Source: Eledone cirrhosa (Eukaryota). Taken from it: a stretch of 64,000 nucleotides of DNA. This document shows positions 38,188-51,202 of the stretch, one piece after another. A program made the position numbers and the translations under genes. Where the stretch lies: positions 35,278,001 through 35,342,000 of the forward strand of contig OZ024755.1 of the NCBI GenBank assembly GCA_964016885.1. The letters run 5' to 3'. The notes under the pieces were generated by a model. That model did not search any database and had not been told where the DNA came from. It was given only the letters and a program-made list of their open reading frames with translations. Each line of letters starts with the position of its first letter. Positions within the stretch are counted from its first letter, which is position 1.

Positions 38188-38727
38188 TATCTAACTCTAT
38201 ATTTCACAGCTGATAAACAGTGAACATTTCTAGTCAGTTTTCCTACTTCCCCATGTCTGTGATAATCAAACTTCATAGATTCTACCAACAAACAGAACAA
38301 TGAAATTTATATAGAAGCTTCTAGAATCGTTATATCACTGCTCAAGTGGGAACACCAGATTGAAGATAGAACATTTTTATAATTAACACGTGCTGGTCAG
38401 ATTTCTGTATTATCATATATTTAGAGCCTCCAGGTAAGAGAGACTAGATTCTATAAAATCCTCAGTCTACCCTGTTAACAACAAGTTTTGATCTTATTTT
38501 ACAGTTTAGTAATTGATAATTAGCTTTGTCTTGTCTTTCTGAATTATTTTTCACAGCTGTGAAAATTGATTGCTCTTATAATATATAATAAACACGAGTA
38601 TTTTCACTAACGTTCTTGCCAAATTTGTGTGGGCCAAATATAAATACTAAAATAATATACAAGATTTCTGAGTCATTTAACTCTTTTGTGACTGTAGTTC
38701 TAAGGATGTACACTATTTCAAAAGAGC

Positions 38728-39236
38728 CCACACTGTAAAATGTTTGTGTTGGTGACATGACAAAACCTACCCAGTCCACACTGTAAAGTGGTCGTGTTGG
38801 TGACATGACAAAAACTACCCAGTCCACACTATAAAGTGGTCGTGTTGGTAACATGACAAAAACTACCCAGTCCACACTGTAAAGTGGTCGTGTTGGTAAC
38901 ATGACAAAAACTACCCAGTCCACACTGTAACATGGGTGTGTTGGTGACATGACAAAATCTACCCAGTCCACACTGTAAAGTGGGTGTGTTGGTGACATGA
39001 CAAAATCTACCCAGTCCACACTGTAACGTGGGTGTGTTGGTGGCATGACAAAATCTACCCAGTCCACACTGTAAAGTGGGTGTGTTGGTGACATGACAAA
39101 AGCTACCCAGTCCACGCTGTAAAGTGGGTGTGTTGGTGACATGACAAAGGCTACCCAGTCCACACTGTAAAGTGGGTGTATTGATGTCATGACAAAAACT
39201 ACCCAGTCCACACTGTAAAGTGGTCGTTGGTGACAC
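38728..39236 (+). repeat. 48-bp minisatellite from a SINE internal module, about 10.5 copies
   Basis: cccagtccacactgtaaagtggtcgtgttggtgacatgacaaaaacta repeated. The in-frame 16-aa ORF repeats are a by-product of the 48-bp period. Confidence 0.9.
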
Positions 39237-41301
39237 AACAGTCCATTCAGCTGGCAAAAATGAGTTGTACCTGTAATTCAAGAGGCCAGCTTTGTCATAT
39301 ATTGTGTCACACTAAATTTGCCTGGGAACTACGTTGAAGGTGCACATGTCTGTGTAATCCTAAGCCGCTCATACATTAATTCCACAAGCAGGGCTGTTCT
39401 GTTGATCCAACTGGAGCAGTGGTCATCAGAAACAATGACAAACCATATACTTTACAGTGTGATGAAGTCTGAGAATTTTAGGAGAGAATAAATAGGATGT
39501 TACAACATTAACACTTTATTGAATTCTAAGCTGATTGATAAACGAAGTAAAATATTTTTCAGTAGAAATCAAATTCTTTTTAGTGAAGGCATGTGGCTTA
39601 GTGGTTAGAGTGTTGCAATCATGATCGTGAGGTTGTGGGTTCAATTCTAGGACAGAGTGAATTGGTGCGTCCTTTAGCAAGACACTTTATTTCACGTTGT
39701 TCCTTCTGTGACTGGTAGATAGTATCAGCAATGGAAAGATCAATGGAAACATTGTTTCTTTGGTTTGATTTGACAAATCCACCCCACTTGGCAAGTGAAT
39801 GAGGTCTGGTATCTTTTTAATTGATCAGAGTGATGAATCAAACTCTAATCACATGGTTTTCACTCAATGAGTTTACCTCTAATATTCAACATTAAGAACA
39901 AATTTTTTCAAGAGGATTGGAAAGAAAACATAGTATTGTTTTGCCTTGTATTTTAGATTGTATACATTTATGTGATAATAAGACAGATTCAATCAATAGA
40001 TATCTTTCATACTATAAAAAGTCAAATGGCTAGAATAATAGGCCAAAATAATATGAATAAGGTTAACAAAACATAGACAGTCTTCCACCTCTTCATTCTG
40101 CCTGGCAGGAAGAAAAAGCATTAGTATTGAAGCCAAATACAAACAAAGCTTTGTTTATCCACTAAACATTTCTTAAATGATAAACAAATATACTGACAAG
40201 TGATTGTTTATCCAAATGTCTAAATATGGTTAAACCCTCAATCAAATTTTTATTGCTAAAAGATCAATTTTACTGGCAGGATGAAAAGGGAGGGCAGCAG
40301 GGGAATGAACTATAAAACATGCTTCAGAGAATAAATTATTGGAAAACATAATAATTATTTAGTATTCTTTTAATGTTGTTAATCTCTAATTATTCCTTCT
40401 AAATGTGTTGTCTTCCAAACGCAGCACGAATGAAATAGATTTTAAAATTCAATTTTGTGCATTAATTATTAATGATATATTGTTATTTATTAACACAGGG
40501 GTCATATCTAACTAAGCAGATTTATGATGAAAGATGTTCCAGCAATGACCATACCATGTTTTTATTGAGATATAGCGTATTTAGAACTGCATTATCGAAT
40601 ATGTACTAGGTTTTTTTTTTAAAAAGAGAGTAGGGTGTAATTTTAGGGAGTTATGGCTTAAAGGCTCCCTCATGGGTCTACATTATCCACTACAATGTGG
40701 CATTATGGTCATAAATCCAACACCTTAAACACTAGGTGGCAAGCCTTCATGTCAAATTATAGTAATTGACCCAGTTAATGGGTCATGCTGATACCATGAG
40801 TAAAGAAAACACCCAGTCCACCTTGTAAAGTGGTCATACTGGTGCCACAATAGAAGCACCCAGAATGCACTGCAATGGGGTTGGCATTACAAAGGGCATT
40901 TGGCCATAGAAAACCAAGCCAAAACTAAGCAGACTTATGATGAAAGATGTTCCAGCAATGACCGTCCCATTTTTTGTTTAGATATAGTGTACTTAGAATT
41001 GCATTATCTAATATGTAGTAGGTTTTGTTTAAAGAGAGTAGGATGTAATTTCAGGGAGTTATGGCTTAAAAGTTTCCTCATTGAACTACATTACCCAATA
41101 TGTCCATTGTTTTAACACATTTGGGGAAATAATCTGGTTGCTATTTCTAGCAAGCCTCTTATTGGCTTATGCTGGTATTAATGTTAGTATGGAGACTGAC
41201 AGGAGTTTTCCAGCCAGCTGTCTCTCCTAGACCTTACATGATCTATTTAACAATAAAGTTGGCAAAACTAGATATCTGGAAGTATATATCCAGTGAAGTC
41301 T

Positions 41302-41915
41302 CCAGCCCACACTGTAAAGTCATTGTGTAGGTGACATGACAAAAAGCACCCAACTCAAACTGTAAAATGGTCGTGTTGGTGTCATGACAAAAAACAACCA
41401 CTCCACATTCTAAAATGCTTGTGTAGGTGTCACAACAAAAAGCACTCAGCCGACTCTATAAAGTGGTTGTGATGGCGAGACGACAAAAAGCGCCCAGGCC
41501 ACACTGTAAAGTGGTCGTGATGGTGAAACAACAAAAAACACCCAGTCCACACTGTAAAATGGTCATAATGGTGACATGGCAAAAAGCTCCCAACCCACAC
41601 TGTGAAGTGGTCATGTAGGTATCACAACAAAAATCACCCAGTCCACTCTATTAAGTGATCATGTAGGTATTACAACAAAAATCATCCAGCCCACACAGTA
41701 AAGTGGTCATGTAGGTATCATGATAAAAAGCACCCAGCCCACACTGTAAATGTAGTTGGTATTAGGAAAAGCATCCAGCTGTAGAAACCAAGCCAAAATC
41801 AGTTCTGTATTAGCAAGACATGGTCACCTGATCTGGCATTGCCCACAACAGGACAACTAGTCTAACCCATGCTAGCATGGAAAAATGGATGTAAAATGGT
41901 GATGGTGGTGATAAT
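41302..41915 (+). mobile_element. SINE-like element with its ~48-bp module tandemly expanded about 9 times (diverged)
   Basis: Repeated aaaaagcacccagcccacactgtaaagtggtc, then ttaggaaaagcatccagctgtagaaa and the tail. Confidence 0.8.
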
Positions 41916-42279
41916 GAAAGCATTAGGCCAGTATTTATAGGATGATACGGTTGTTTGAATCACTAGTACAGAGTGCAGATGGCTAAGTCAAGAGGGTCCT
42001 GGACAACTAATTAAGTGATCAACATTTCATATTCTTTCAAAAGCAATGTATTGTGTCCATAGCTAAGACTCAGTTTTTGAATGGCCAAATCTGCCTCATT
42101 GTAAATAGATATCATAGAGTTAAACCAGAGATTCTCAAACTTATGGAGCCACATCCAACCTCATGGCAACGTAACACCCTCAGTAATATATATGTATACA
42201 CACATATATATAGTGAGTTAGAAACTCACAGTAGTCTCTTACAATTAAATAGCTCTAAGAAAAAAGCTTTTCCAAACCG

Positions 42280-42666
42280 TACAATATAATTGAATAAACA
42301 AGAGAGATGAACACTAATATAAACATACATGTGTTCGAATCATAAGGACCAAGTTTGCTAGGGTGAAAAAGTACTAACTACAGCAATATGGTTTGTCAGA
42401 CTTAATTTTAAATATTAAATTAAGAAAAATAACAGACCTATATTGGGCAATCGCCTGATAACAACTAGACAGTTTTGGAGACTGTTTCCAGGCGATTGCC
42501 CAAAATAGGTCTGTTATTTTTCTTAATTTAATATTTAAAATTAAGCCTGACAAACCATATTGCTGTAGTTAGTATTTTTTCACCCTAGCAAACTTGGTCC
42601 TTACGATTTGAACACATGTATGTTTATATTAGTGTTCATCTCTCTTGTTTATTCAATTATATTGTA
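42280..42666. repeat. 178-bp near-perfect inverted repeat with a 31-nt spacer
   Basis: Arms 42280-42457 and 42489-42666 with only a handful of mismatches. Confidence 0.95.
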
Positions 42667-42982
42667 TACACACACACACACATATAAATATATATATATA
42701 CACACATTTCTTCTTAGCTTCGTATCGATGTATAATAACACAGACACACGCATGCATACACACGTGCACAAGTATAGCTCTTTTTACAAAATGTTTTTTT
42801 CTCCATTTCAGGTAGACACGCTCCATCATCCACTTTTCTAAAAAAACAAATCATACACAAAACGCCAGCACCAACAGTTTTACAAGAGATGTCAACATGA
42901 ATAGACATGTTATTTTTATCTAAAGACATTTTTTTCAATTCCACCCAGCCAATCCCTTCAATCTATCTTATTTCTCATTCTT

Positions 42983-43018
42983 TCTTCTGATGAAGGACTA
43001 GTGTCCGAAACGTTAAGA
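42983..43018 (+). ncRNA. Minimal type-I hammerhead ribozyme motif (Penelope-like)
   Basis: tctt-CTGATGA-a ggac tagt gtcc-GAAAC-GTT-aaga; palindromic stem III aacgtt. Confidence 0.7.
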
Positions 43019-43100
43019 CCCTCTTCCTGCTATATCAAGCGTTAACCTAATATATTCCTTCCATATACTGTACCGATTGTGTTGTTATTTCTGTTTACCT

Positions 43101-43132
<32 letters not shown>

Positions 43133-43139
43133 CACACAT

Positions 43140-43176
<37 letters not shown>

Positions 43177-43347
43177 TACATATACATATATATGTATATG
43201 GTTCATAACATATGTCCACCAATCAGAACCAAGAATGTGGCACTTAAATTCTTGATCAAACTCAAACCCAGAAAAATACATAACTAAATAGCTCTGTAGC
43301 TTACATAGAGCACTCTCCTTTCCTTTACCCTTCCTATGGAAATATTT

Positions 43348-43432
<85 letters not shown>

Positions 43433-44036
43433 ATAATTTCATATATATATATATATATATTTATTTAAGCATGTGTGTGTGCGTTTTCTTCATTTTTCAA
43501 ATACAAAAGCCAATTTTTGCTGATTGAACTGAACTAAGTTTAGTACCCATACTTCAATTTAACAGCTCCAGAGAGTGTAAATTTAATTTGTGCAACTAAT
43601 ATAATTTTACACTATTTCCATCATTTTCTGTGCTATTTATAAACACAATATGCTCTGACATTTAAAACATGTGACATTTATTTTAAAACAAACAACATTA
43701 TTGGTAATCTACATAATATTACTTAGACTAGATCTCTATTGTTAACTATGAACGTGTTTATCACATTTTACTTTATAAAACTCCCATTTTAAATATTTAC
43801 TGCAAAATTCATAAACATAGCATAACAACATATGGCATTTATTATATAAAATTATGGCATTTATTGAATAAACACAACATTTTATTTAACCATGTAATGT
43901 TATAGTTATCTATTCTATTCTATATACAGGGTGGTTCAAAAGTCTTGTCACCCCTTGTCACATATTGTTTTAACTTTCATTATTTTTTGTTTTAATAATA
44001 TAATATATAATATCATTAATTATAATATATAATATA

Positions 44037-44482
44037 GGGCGATGGATTGGCAGTATCTGTAGAGAGTCGGACGCCATGCTTTGACAAATAGAGTTACGGC
44101 CCTTGCCATTCTGAGTTCAAATCCCGCCGAGGTTAACTTTGCCTTTCATCCTTACGGGGTCGATAAAATAAAGTACCAGTAATGCACTGGCGTAATTGCT
44201 GGCCGTAACTCTATGCGTCAAAGCATGGCGTCCGACCCTCTACCGATACTGCCAATCAACCACCCTTAGTAATAATGATTTCTATTAGCAGCACAAGGCC
44301 AGTAATTTGGGGGGAGGGGAAAGTCGATTAAATCGACCCCCAGTGCGTGACTGGTACTTTATTTTATCGACACCATAAGGAATAAAGGCAAAGTTAACCT
44401 CGGCGGGATTTGAACTCAGAACGCAAAGGGGCGTAACTCTATTCTGTAACCATGGCGTCACCGATACTGCCAATCCACCGCT
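44037..44482. mobile_element. SINE family A cluster: + copy 44037-44204 fused to an inverted 5' head (44201-44265), then a - copy 44270-44482
   Basis: A/B boxes occur in both orientations. Confidence 0.85.
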
Positions 44483-44539
44483 ATCAACAAGTAATATCTA
44501 TTACAATTACTAGCAGAAAAACCACCCTTCGAGTGGTTT

Positions 44540-44902
44540 TCTGCTAGCATGTGTAGTGTGTATATTGATATTATACGCAAATATATATACATGTAGATAT
44601 GATACATCAAATAAAACCGTAATTGACAATATAAACAGAAATTGAACGAAGACTGTGTTACACTGTCTTATGTAATCAGTAACGTAATCCATGATACATT
44701 AAAAAAAAAGACGATATTATATATCTGCTAGCATGTGTAGTGTGTATATTGATATTATACGCAAGTATATATACATGTAGATATGATCAAATAAAATCAT
44801 AATTGACAATATAAACAGAAATTAAATGAAGACTGTGTTACACTGTCTTATGTAATCAGTAAAGTAATCCGTGATACATTAAAAAAAGACAATATTTTAT
44901 AT
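44540..44902. repeat. ~183-bp tandem duplication
   Basis: tctgctagcatgtgtagtgtg at 44540 and 44723. Confidence 0.85.
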
Positions 44903-45032
44903 AAACTGCATTAGGAGAAAATTAGTGACAGAAATATATGAATATTTATTTAAACGGCTGCCAACCGGAAGTGTTGACATTTGAAAATTTTAAAGAAGTG
45001 AATCTTTAAATAAGTAATAAAATATATTTAAT

Positions 45033-45362
45033 GGAGGCACATGGCTTAGTGGTTAGAGCATTGGCCTTGCAATCGAAAGGTTGTGAGTTCAATTCTCAGA
45101 CCGGGTGATGTGTTGTTTCCTTGAGCAAGACACTTTATTTCACATTGCTGCAGTTTACTCAGCTGTAGAAATGAGATGATAGGGACTGAGGTCCCTATCA
45201 TTCCACTGTAAAGTGGTCGCAAAAAAGCACCCAGCACTCACTGTAAATGAGGTTGGTGTTAGGAAGGGCATCCAGCTGTAGAAATCAAGCCAGAATCAGT
45301 TCCCGTCCCACCCTTGCAAGCAGGGAAAAGTGGACGTAAAAATGAAATGAAAATAATGATGA
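45033..45362 (+). mobile_element. SINE family B, full length
   Basis: A-box tggcttagtgg, B-box gagttcaattc, CORE-like segment, RTE-type tail. Confidence 0.88.
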
Positions 45363-45509
45363 ACAGCCACGAAATTTAGTAAATTAATTATGTAATATTC
45401 ATTCATTATTTATTCAAAGTAATCCAACTTATTTTACTAAGGGGATAAAAAAATTATAAACCGTACTCAGTCCCGCGCTTCTTACTTTATTATAGTTTAG
45501 ATTGCAATG

Positions 45510-46014
45510 CTAACCTCGACAGGATTTGAACTCAGACCGTAAAGGGACGTAACTCTATGCTGTAAAGCATGGTGTCCACCCCTCTACTGATACTGCCAAT
45601 GCACTGCCCTAGTAATAATTGTTTCTACTTTTGGCACAAGGCCGGCAATTATTCCAGTGTATTACTGGTACTTTTTTTTTCATCAACCCTCATAAGGATG
45701 AAAGGCAAAGTTAACCTCGACAGGATTTGAACTCAGACCATAAAGGGCCGTAACTCTTTGCTGCAAAGCATGGCGTCCGACCCTCTACCGATACTGCCAA
45801 TCCACTGCCCTAGTAATAATTGTTTCTACTTTAGGCACAAGGCCAGCAATTACCCAGTGCATTACTGGTACTTCATTTTATCGACCCCGTAAGGATGAAA
45901 GGCAAAGTCAACCTCGGCGGGATTTGAACTCAGATCGTAAAGGGACGCAACTATGCTGCAAAGCATAGCGTCCGACCCTCTACCGATACTGCTAATCCAG
46001 TGCCCTAGTAATAA
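45510..46014 (-). mobile_element. Head-to-tail trimer of SINE family A
   Basis: Three successive ggatttgaactcagac...cactgccctagtaataa units. Confidence 0.85.
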
Positions 46015-46344
46015 TACATATCAAAAATATAGATGAAATACTCAATATTTGAACATAATATTTATTATAATTATTGCTATAGATTATATCTAGCAATATA
46101 GGAGACTTCAAATAGCAAAATATTCATTTTGTTTCAATACAATATACAAAATTAGATGAATATAATCACTTCTGTGAGGAAGAGAATTACTTGAGAGGAA
46201 ATTTGCAAAGAAATTAAATGGTCATCAAAGAAAGAGAGAGAGAATTCTATTGGACAATATATGTTGTTAGACTCATCAACATACTATTGACAAAATGACT
46301 GCTACAACTAACATAGAACAAAGCTAAGAGAAATGTACTTCTCT

Positions 46345-46780
46345 TCAAGTCTCTCTCACTATCTCTATATCTTTCTCTATATATATCTTGCTCTCACTCT
46401 CTCTCCCTATTTTTCTCTCACTCTCTCTCTCTTGCTCTTGCTATCTTTCTCTCTCTTGCTATCTTTCTCTCTTGCTCTCTCTTGCTATCTTTCTCTCTTG
46501 CTCTCTCTTGCTCTCTCTTGCTATCTTTCTCTCTTGCTCTTTTTTCTTACTCTCTCTCTTACTATCATTCTCTCTCACTCCCTATCACTCTCCATCTCAC
46601 TCTCCCTATCTCTCTCCATCTCACTCTCCCTATCTTTCTCTCACTCTCCCTATCTTTCTCTCACTCTCCCTATCTCTCTCTCTCCCTCCCTATCTCTCTC
46701 CATCTCTCTCCATCTCACTCTCCCTCTCTCTCCATCTCACTCTCCCCCCCCTCTCTCTCTCTCTCAGTGTTCTACTCTCT
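46345..46780. repeat. (CT)n-rich polypyrimidine compound microsatellite
   Basis: Directly visible. Confidence 0.9.
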
Positions 46781-47019
46781 CAACATGACACCACATTCTT
46801 AATATTTCTTTCTAACATTGGCACACAGCCAGCAATTTGGGGTAAGGGAAAGTCAATAATATCAACACCACAACCCCAGTATATAACTGGTATCTTATTT
46901 TAGCAACCTTGGAATAATAGGAATCAAAGTTGACCTCCGAGATTTGAACTCAGAACATAAAAAGTCATAACTAAATGCCACAGAATATTTTGTCTTTTGT
47001 TTGTGCGCTAACAATTCTA

Positions 47020-47630
47020 CAGGCAACAGCATCAAAGCAATCAACGGCAGTGATATCAAGCAAGTCGAGGATTTCAAGTATCTTTGGTACTGGATCATGG
47101 ATTCTGAGAAGGATTTTGCCACCAGAAAGGCCCAAGCATGGTCAGCTTGCAACAAGATGGACCGAGTTTGGTGCTAAAGTCTTTCCAACCACACCAAAAT
47201 CAGACTCTTCCAAGTAACAATTCAACTAATATTGATATATGGAAGTGAAACATGGACGCATTCATCCAAACAACAAAAGCACCTTGATGCCACTTACACT
47301 CGCCTGCTTCAACACATTCAGAACATAACCTGGTGACATCTGACGTTGAGAGATATATATGCCGGCCTCCCACGCATATCTGTCGTACATAAAAGGAGAG
47401 TAAGATTTGCTGGCCACTGCCATAGTGCCACCTATGAGGCTGTGTCCCCATTAGTGCTTTGGAAACCACAAGCAGTCACTAATAACAGGGGGCACAAGCT
47501 CTCCTATCCTGATGTCATCTCCAGAGATTCTGATATTGAAATCCAGGACTTGGCAATGGCAATGAATGACAGACCCACGTGGAGATCAATTATTGAGTTT
47601 ATTTTGGCTGAGGCCCCTGGATGATGAACA
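47020..47630 (+). mobile_element. RTE-clade LINE 3' fragment
   Basis: VEDFKYL...RKAQAWSAC...IYGSETWT...RRVRFAGHC...LVLWKP, with frameshifts; same subgroup as 58982-59600. Confidence 0.85.
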
Positions 47631-48177
47631 ATCTGCCACTCTTATCATCGTCATCATTGTTGTTTTAATGTCTGCTTTCCCAGCTAGCAAGGGTTGACTG
47701 GTTTATATAGACCAAGTCTATACTGAAGCGGTGCCACTGATCTCTAAAGCAAACCAGGGATCAGTGTCTCATGTTCCATTGAGAGAGAAACAAAATTAGT
47801 ATGTACAGATCAGGAAAAAAATCAAAAATTGCCAAACATAATCTGACCTTGCCCAATTGCACAGGAACGAGACCTCTGGTGTTACACAGTAATACAGAAG
47901 TCCCAACTTCCCATGAGTACAAGCTGAAGCATACCCCCACCCCCTCCCACTGTAAAGTGTCGTGTAGGGGTCATGACAAAAAAGCTCCCAGCCCACACTG
48001 TAAAGTGATCGTATAGGTGCTATGGTAAAAAAGCACCCAGCACTCACTGTAAATGTGGTTGGTGTTAGGAAGGGCATCCAGCTGTAGATATCAAGCTGTA
48101 GATGCTAACATGGAAGAATGAACGTAAAGCGGTGATGGTGATGATGATGATGATGATGAAACCACCTTAACCTGAAT

Positions 48178-48231
48178 ATCTAGATATTACCCCAAATTCC
48201 AGGAAAAGTGAATTTGGGGTAATATCTAGAT
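48178..48231. repeat. Perfect 22-bp hairpin with a 10-nt loop
   Basis: atctagatattaccccaaattc-caggaaaagt-gaatttggggtaatatctagat. Confidence 0.9.
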
Positions 48232-48269
48232 TTGTCTGAAATATTACTGCTTGCATATAAATAAAGTCA

Positions 48270-48990
48270 GTTTTAAGCCAGAAGGCTCGTTAGGCTGGTG
48301 CTTATCTCGTTTTCATGGTGTGAAGCAACTGATATCACATGTGACTTCCCCCTGTACAGGACGTCAGTCAATCACAGGCTTAAACCCCCAGCTATTGCTG
48401 GTACTCATTTTCAGCTGAGTATACTGGAGCAACGTGAAATGAAGTGTTTTGCTCAAGAACACAACACACAACCCAGCCCTGGAATCAAACCCACAACATT
48501 ATGACCGTAAGTCGAACACCCTTACCACTAGGCCCCCCCCCCTCCCCACTGAGTATACTGGAGCAATGTGAAATGAAGTGTTTTGCTCAAGAACACAACA
48601 CACAACCCAGCGCTGGAATCAAACCCACGACATTATGATCGTAAGTCCAACACCCTTACCACTAGGGCACACACCCCCACTGAGTATACTGGAGCAATGT
48701 GAAATGAAGTGTTTTGCTCAAGAACACAACACACAACCCAGCCCTGGAATCAAACCCACGACATTATTATCGTAAGTCCAACACCCTTACCTAATTAAGC
48801 CACACATAAATAATTGTTTCTACTTTTGGCACAAAGCTAGCAATTACACCAGTACATTACTGGTACTTTATTTTATCGACCCCATAAGGATGAAAGGCAA
48901 AGTTAACCTCAGCAGGATTTGAACTCGGACTGTAAAGGGACGTAACTATGCTGGAAAGCATGGGCTCCGAGTCCGACCCTCTACTGATAA
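48270..48990 (-). mobile_element. CORE-like SINE with a triplicated ~132-bp head (48415, 48549, 48680), followed by a SINE family A copy (48810-48990)
   Basis: ctgagtatactggagcaa...ttgctcaagaacacaac...cccttacc occurs three times. Confidence 0.8.
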
Positions 48991-49160
48991 ATAACAGTAA
49001 AGAAATAGAAATATCAAAGATAGAAACAGACATAGGTTTGTTTTTTTCATAAAATCCATTTCCACTTTTAATCTTGAGCAACACTCAACACTTACCAACA
49101 GACTTCTTACTCTGGTGTCTCTGTTGACCCCCCCCCCCCCCACTTCTCCTGTCATCACGA

Positions 49161-49405
49161 TACTACTACTACTGCTGCTACTACTGTTACTGCTGCTACT
49201 ACTACTGTTACTGCTGCTACTACTACTGCTGCTACTACTTCTGCTGCTACTACTACTGCTGCTACTACTACGACTGCTGCTACTACTACTGCTGCTACTA
49301 CTACTACTGCTACTACTACTACTGCTACTACTGCTGCTACTACTACTGTTACTGCTGCTACTACTGTTACTGCTGCTACTACTACTACTACTACTGTTAC
49401 TGCTG

Positions 49406-49439
<34 letters not shown>

Positions 49440-49786
49440 GACTGCTGCTACTGCTGCTACTACTACTACTACTGCTACTACTACTGCTGCTACTACTGCT
49501 GCTGCTGCTACTACTACGCTACTACTGCTGCTACTACTGCTGCTACTACTACTACTGCTACTGCTACTACTACTGCTGCTACTACTACTGCTGCTACTAC
49601 TGCTGCTGCTGCTACTACTATGCTACTATGCTACTACTGATGCTACTACTGCTGCTACCACTACTACTACTACTGCTGCTGCTACTGCTACTACTGTTAC
49701 TACTACTGCTACTACTACTACTACTATTACTACCACTGCTGCCACTACCACCACCACGTCCACCACCACCACCACCACCACCACAA
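49161..49786. repeat. (CTA/CTG)n then (CCA)n microsatellite
   Basis: Directly visible; the poly-Leu ORF is an artefact. Confidence 0.95.
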
Positions 49787-50009
49787 CATATTACATCACA
49801 CTCTTGCTACATAAAACATTCATAAACTCCATGCACTGGTGACTTGGTAAGAAATAAATTCATGAATAATTTATTTAGTTCACTTTGGTAAGAAAGATGG
49901 TGGTGGAAGAAGTATTGTAGCTGTGGTAGCTGATGTAGGATTAGTCACTGAGTGGGTGTACTAGTGCTTAGTCTTGGACCTTTGATTACTTCATTGTTTT
50001 ATTACAATT

Positions 50010-50392
50010 AGTGGATTGCTATTTATCGGTAGAGGGTCGGACGCCATGCTTTGATGCATAGAGTTACGGCCCTTGCCATTCTGAGTTCAAATCCCGCCGA
50101 GGTTAACTTTGCCTTTCATCCTTACGGGGTTCGATAAAATAAAGTACCAGTAATACACTGGGATAATTGCTGGCCTTGTGCCAATAGTAGAAACAATTAA
50201 TTATATATTGGCAGTATCGGTAGAGCGTCAGATGCCATGGTTTGTAGCAGCACAGTTACGTCCCTTTACGGACTGAGTTCAAATCCCGCCGAGGTTAACT
50301 TTGCCTTTCATCCTTACAGGGGTCGATAAAATAAAGTACCAGTAATGTACTGGCGTAATTGCTGGCCTTGTGCCAAATGTAGAAACAATTGT
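50010..50392 (+). mobile_element. Dimer of SINE family A
   Basis: Two gagttcaaatcccgccgagg...gtagaaacaatt units. Confidence 0.85.
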
Positions 50393-50946
50393 TTTATTAC
50401 AGCAGGTAAGATAGCTGGATAAATTTAATGGTTGGCTAACTGGACATCAACATACACATAAACATGTATATGTATGTGTGTATGTGTGTGTGTGTGTGTA
50501 TGTGTGTGTTTATGTATGTGTGTATGTGTGTGTGTATGTAGGTGTGCATGTATGTATGTGTGTGTGTGTGTGTGTGTGCAGGTGTGTGTGTATGTATGTG
50601 TGTATGTATGTCTGTATGTATGTGTGTATGTATGTGTGTGTGTATGTGTGTATGTTATCTCTTTCTCTTAATTTCGAGTATATTTTTTGACCGGCCACCT
50701 TCCTGGTGGCAAGGTTGTAAAAGAAAAGAAATTGTCATCCCTTGAATCGCAAGAATGTTTTGCAAATTTTGAAGGTGCCAGCTATCGCAGCCATTTGTAG
50801 ACTATGTGTATATGTATGTGTATGTAGGTGTAAATGTATATATGAATATATGAATGTATGTGTGTGTGTATGTATGTATGTATGTAGGTGTGTATGTATG
50901 TAAGTATGTAGGTGTGTATGTATGTATGTATGTACCTATATATATA

Positions 50947-51046
50947 CAGGGTGTCACCAAAAAATGTATACACACTTCAATAGCATTCTGAAAAATATTG
51001 TCTCAGATAATCAAAATGTGTGTACATTTTTGGGGGTGACACCCTG
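50947..51046. mobile_element. 100-bp Tc1/mariner-type MITE in (TA)n
   Basis: ta|cagggtgtcaccaaaaaatgtatacacac...gtgtgtacatttttgggggtgacaccctg|ta. Confidence 0.8.
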
Positions 51047-51108
<62 letters not shown>

Positions 51109-51124
51109 TATATATGTATGTATG

Positions 51125-51202
<78 letters not shown>

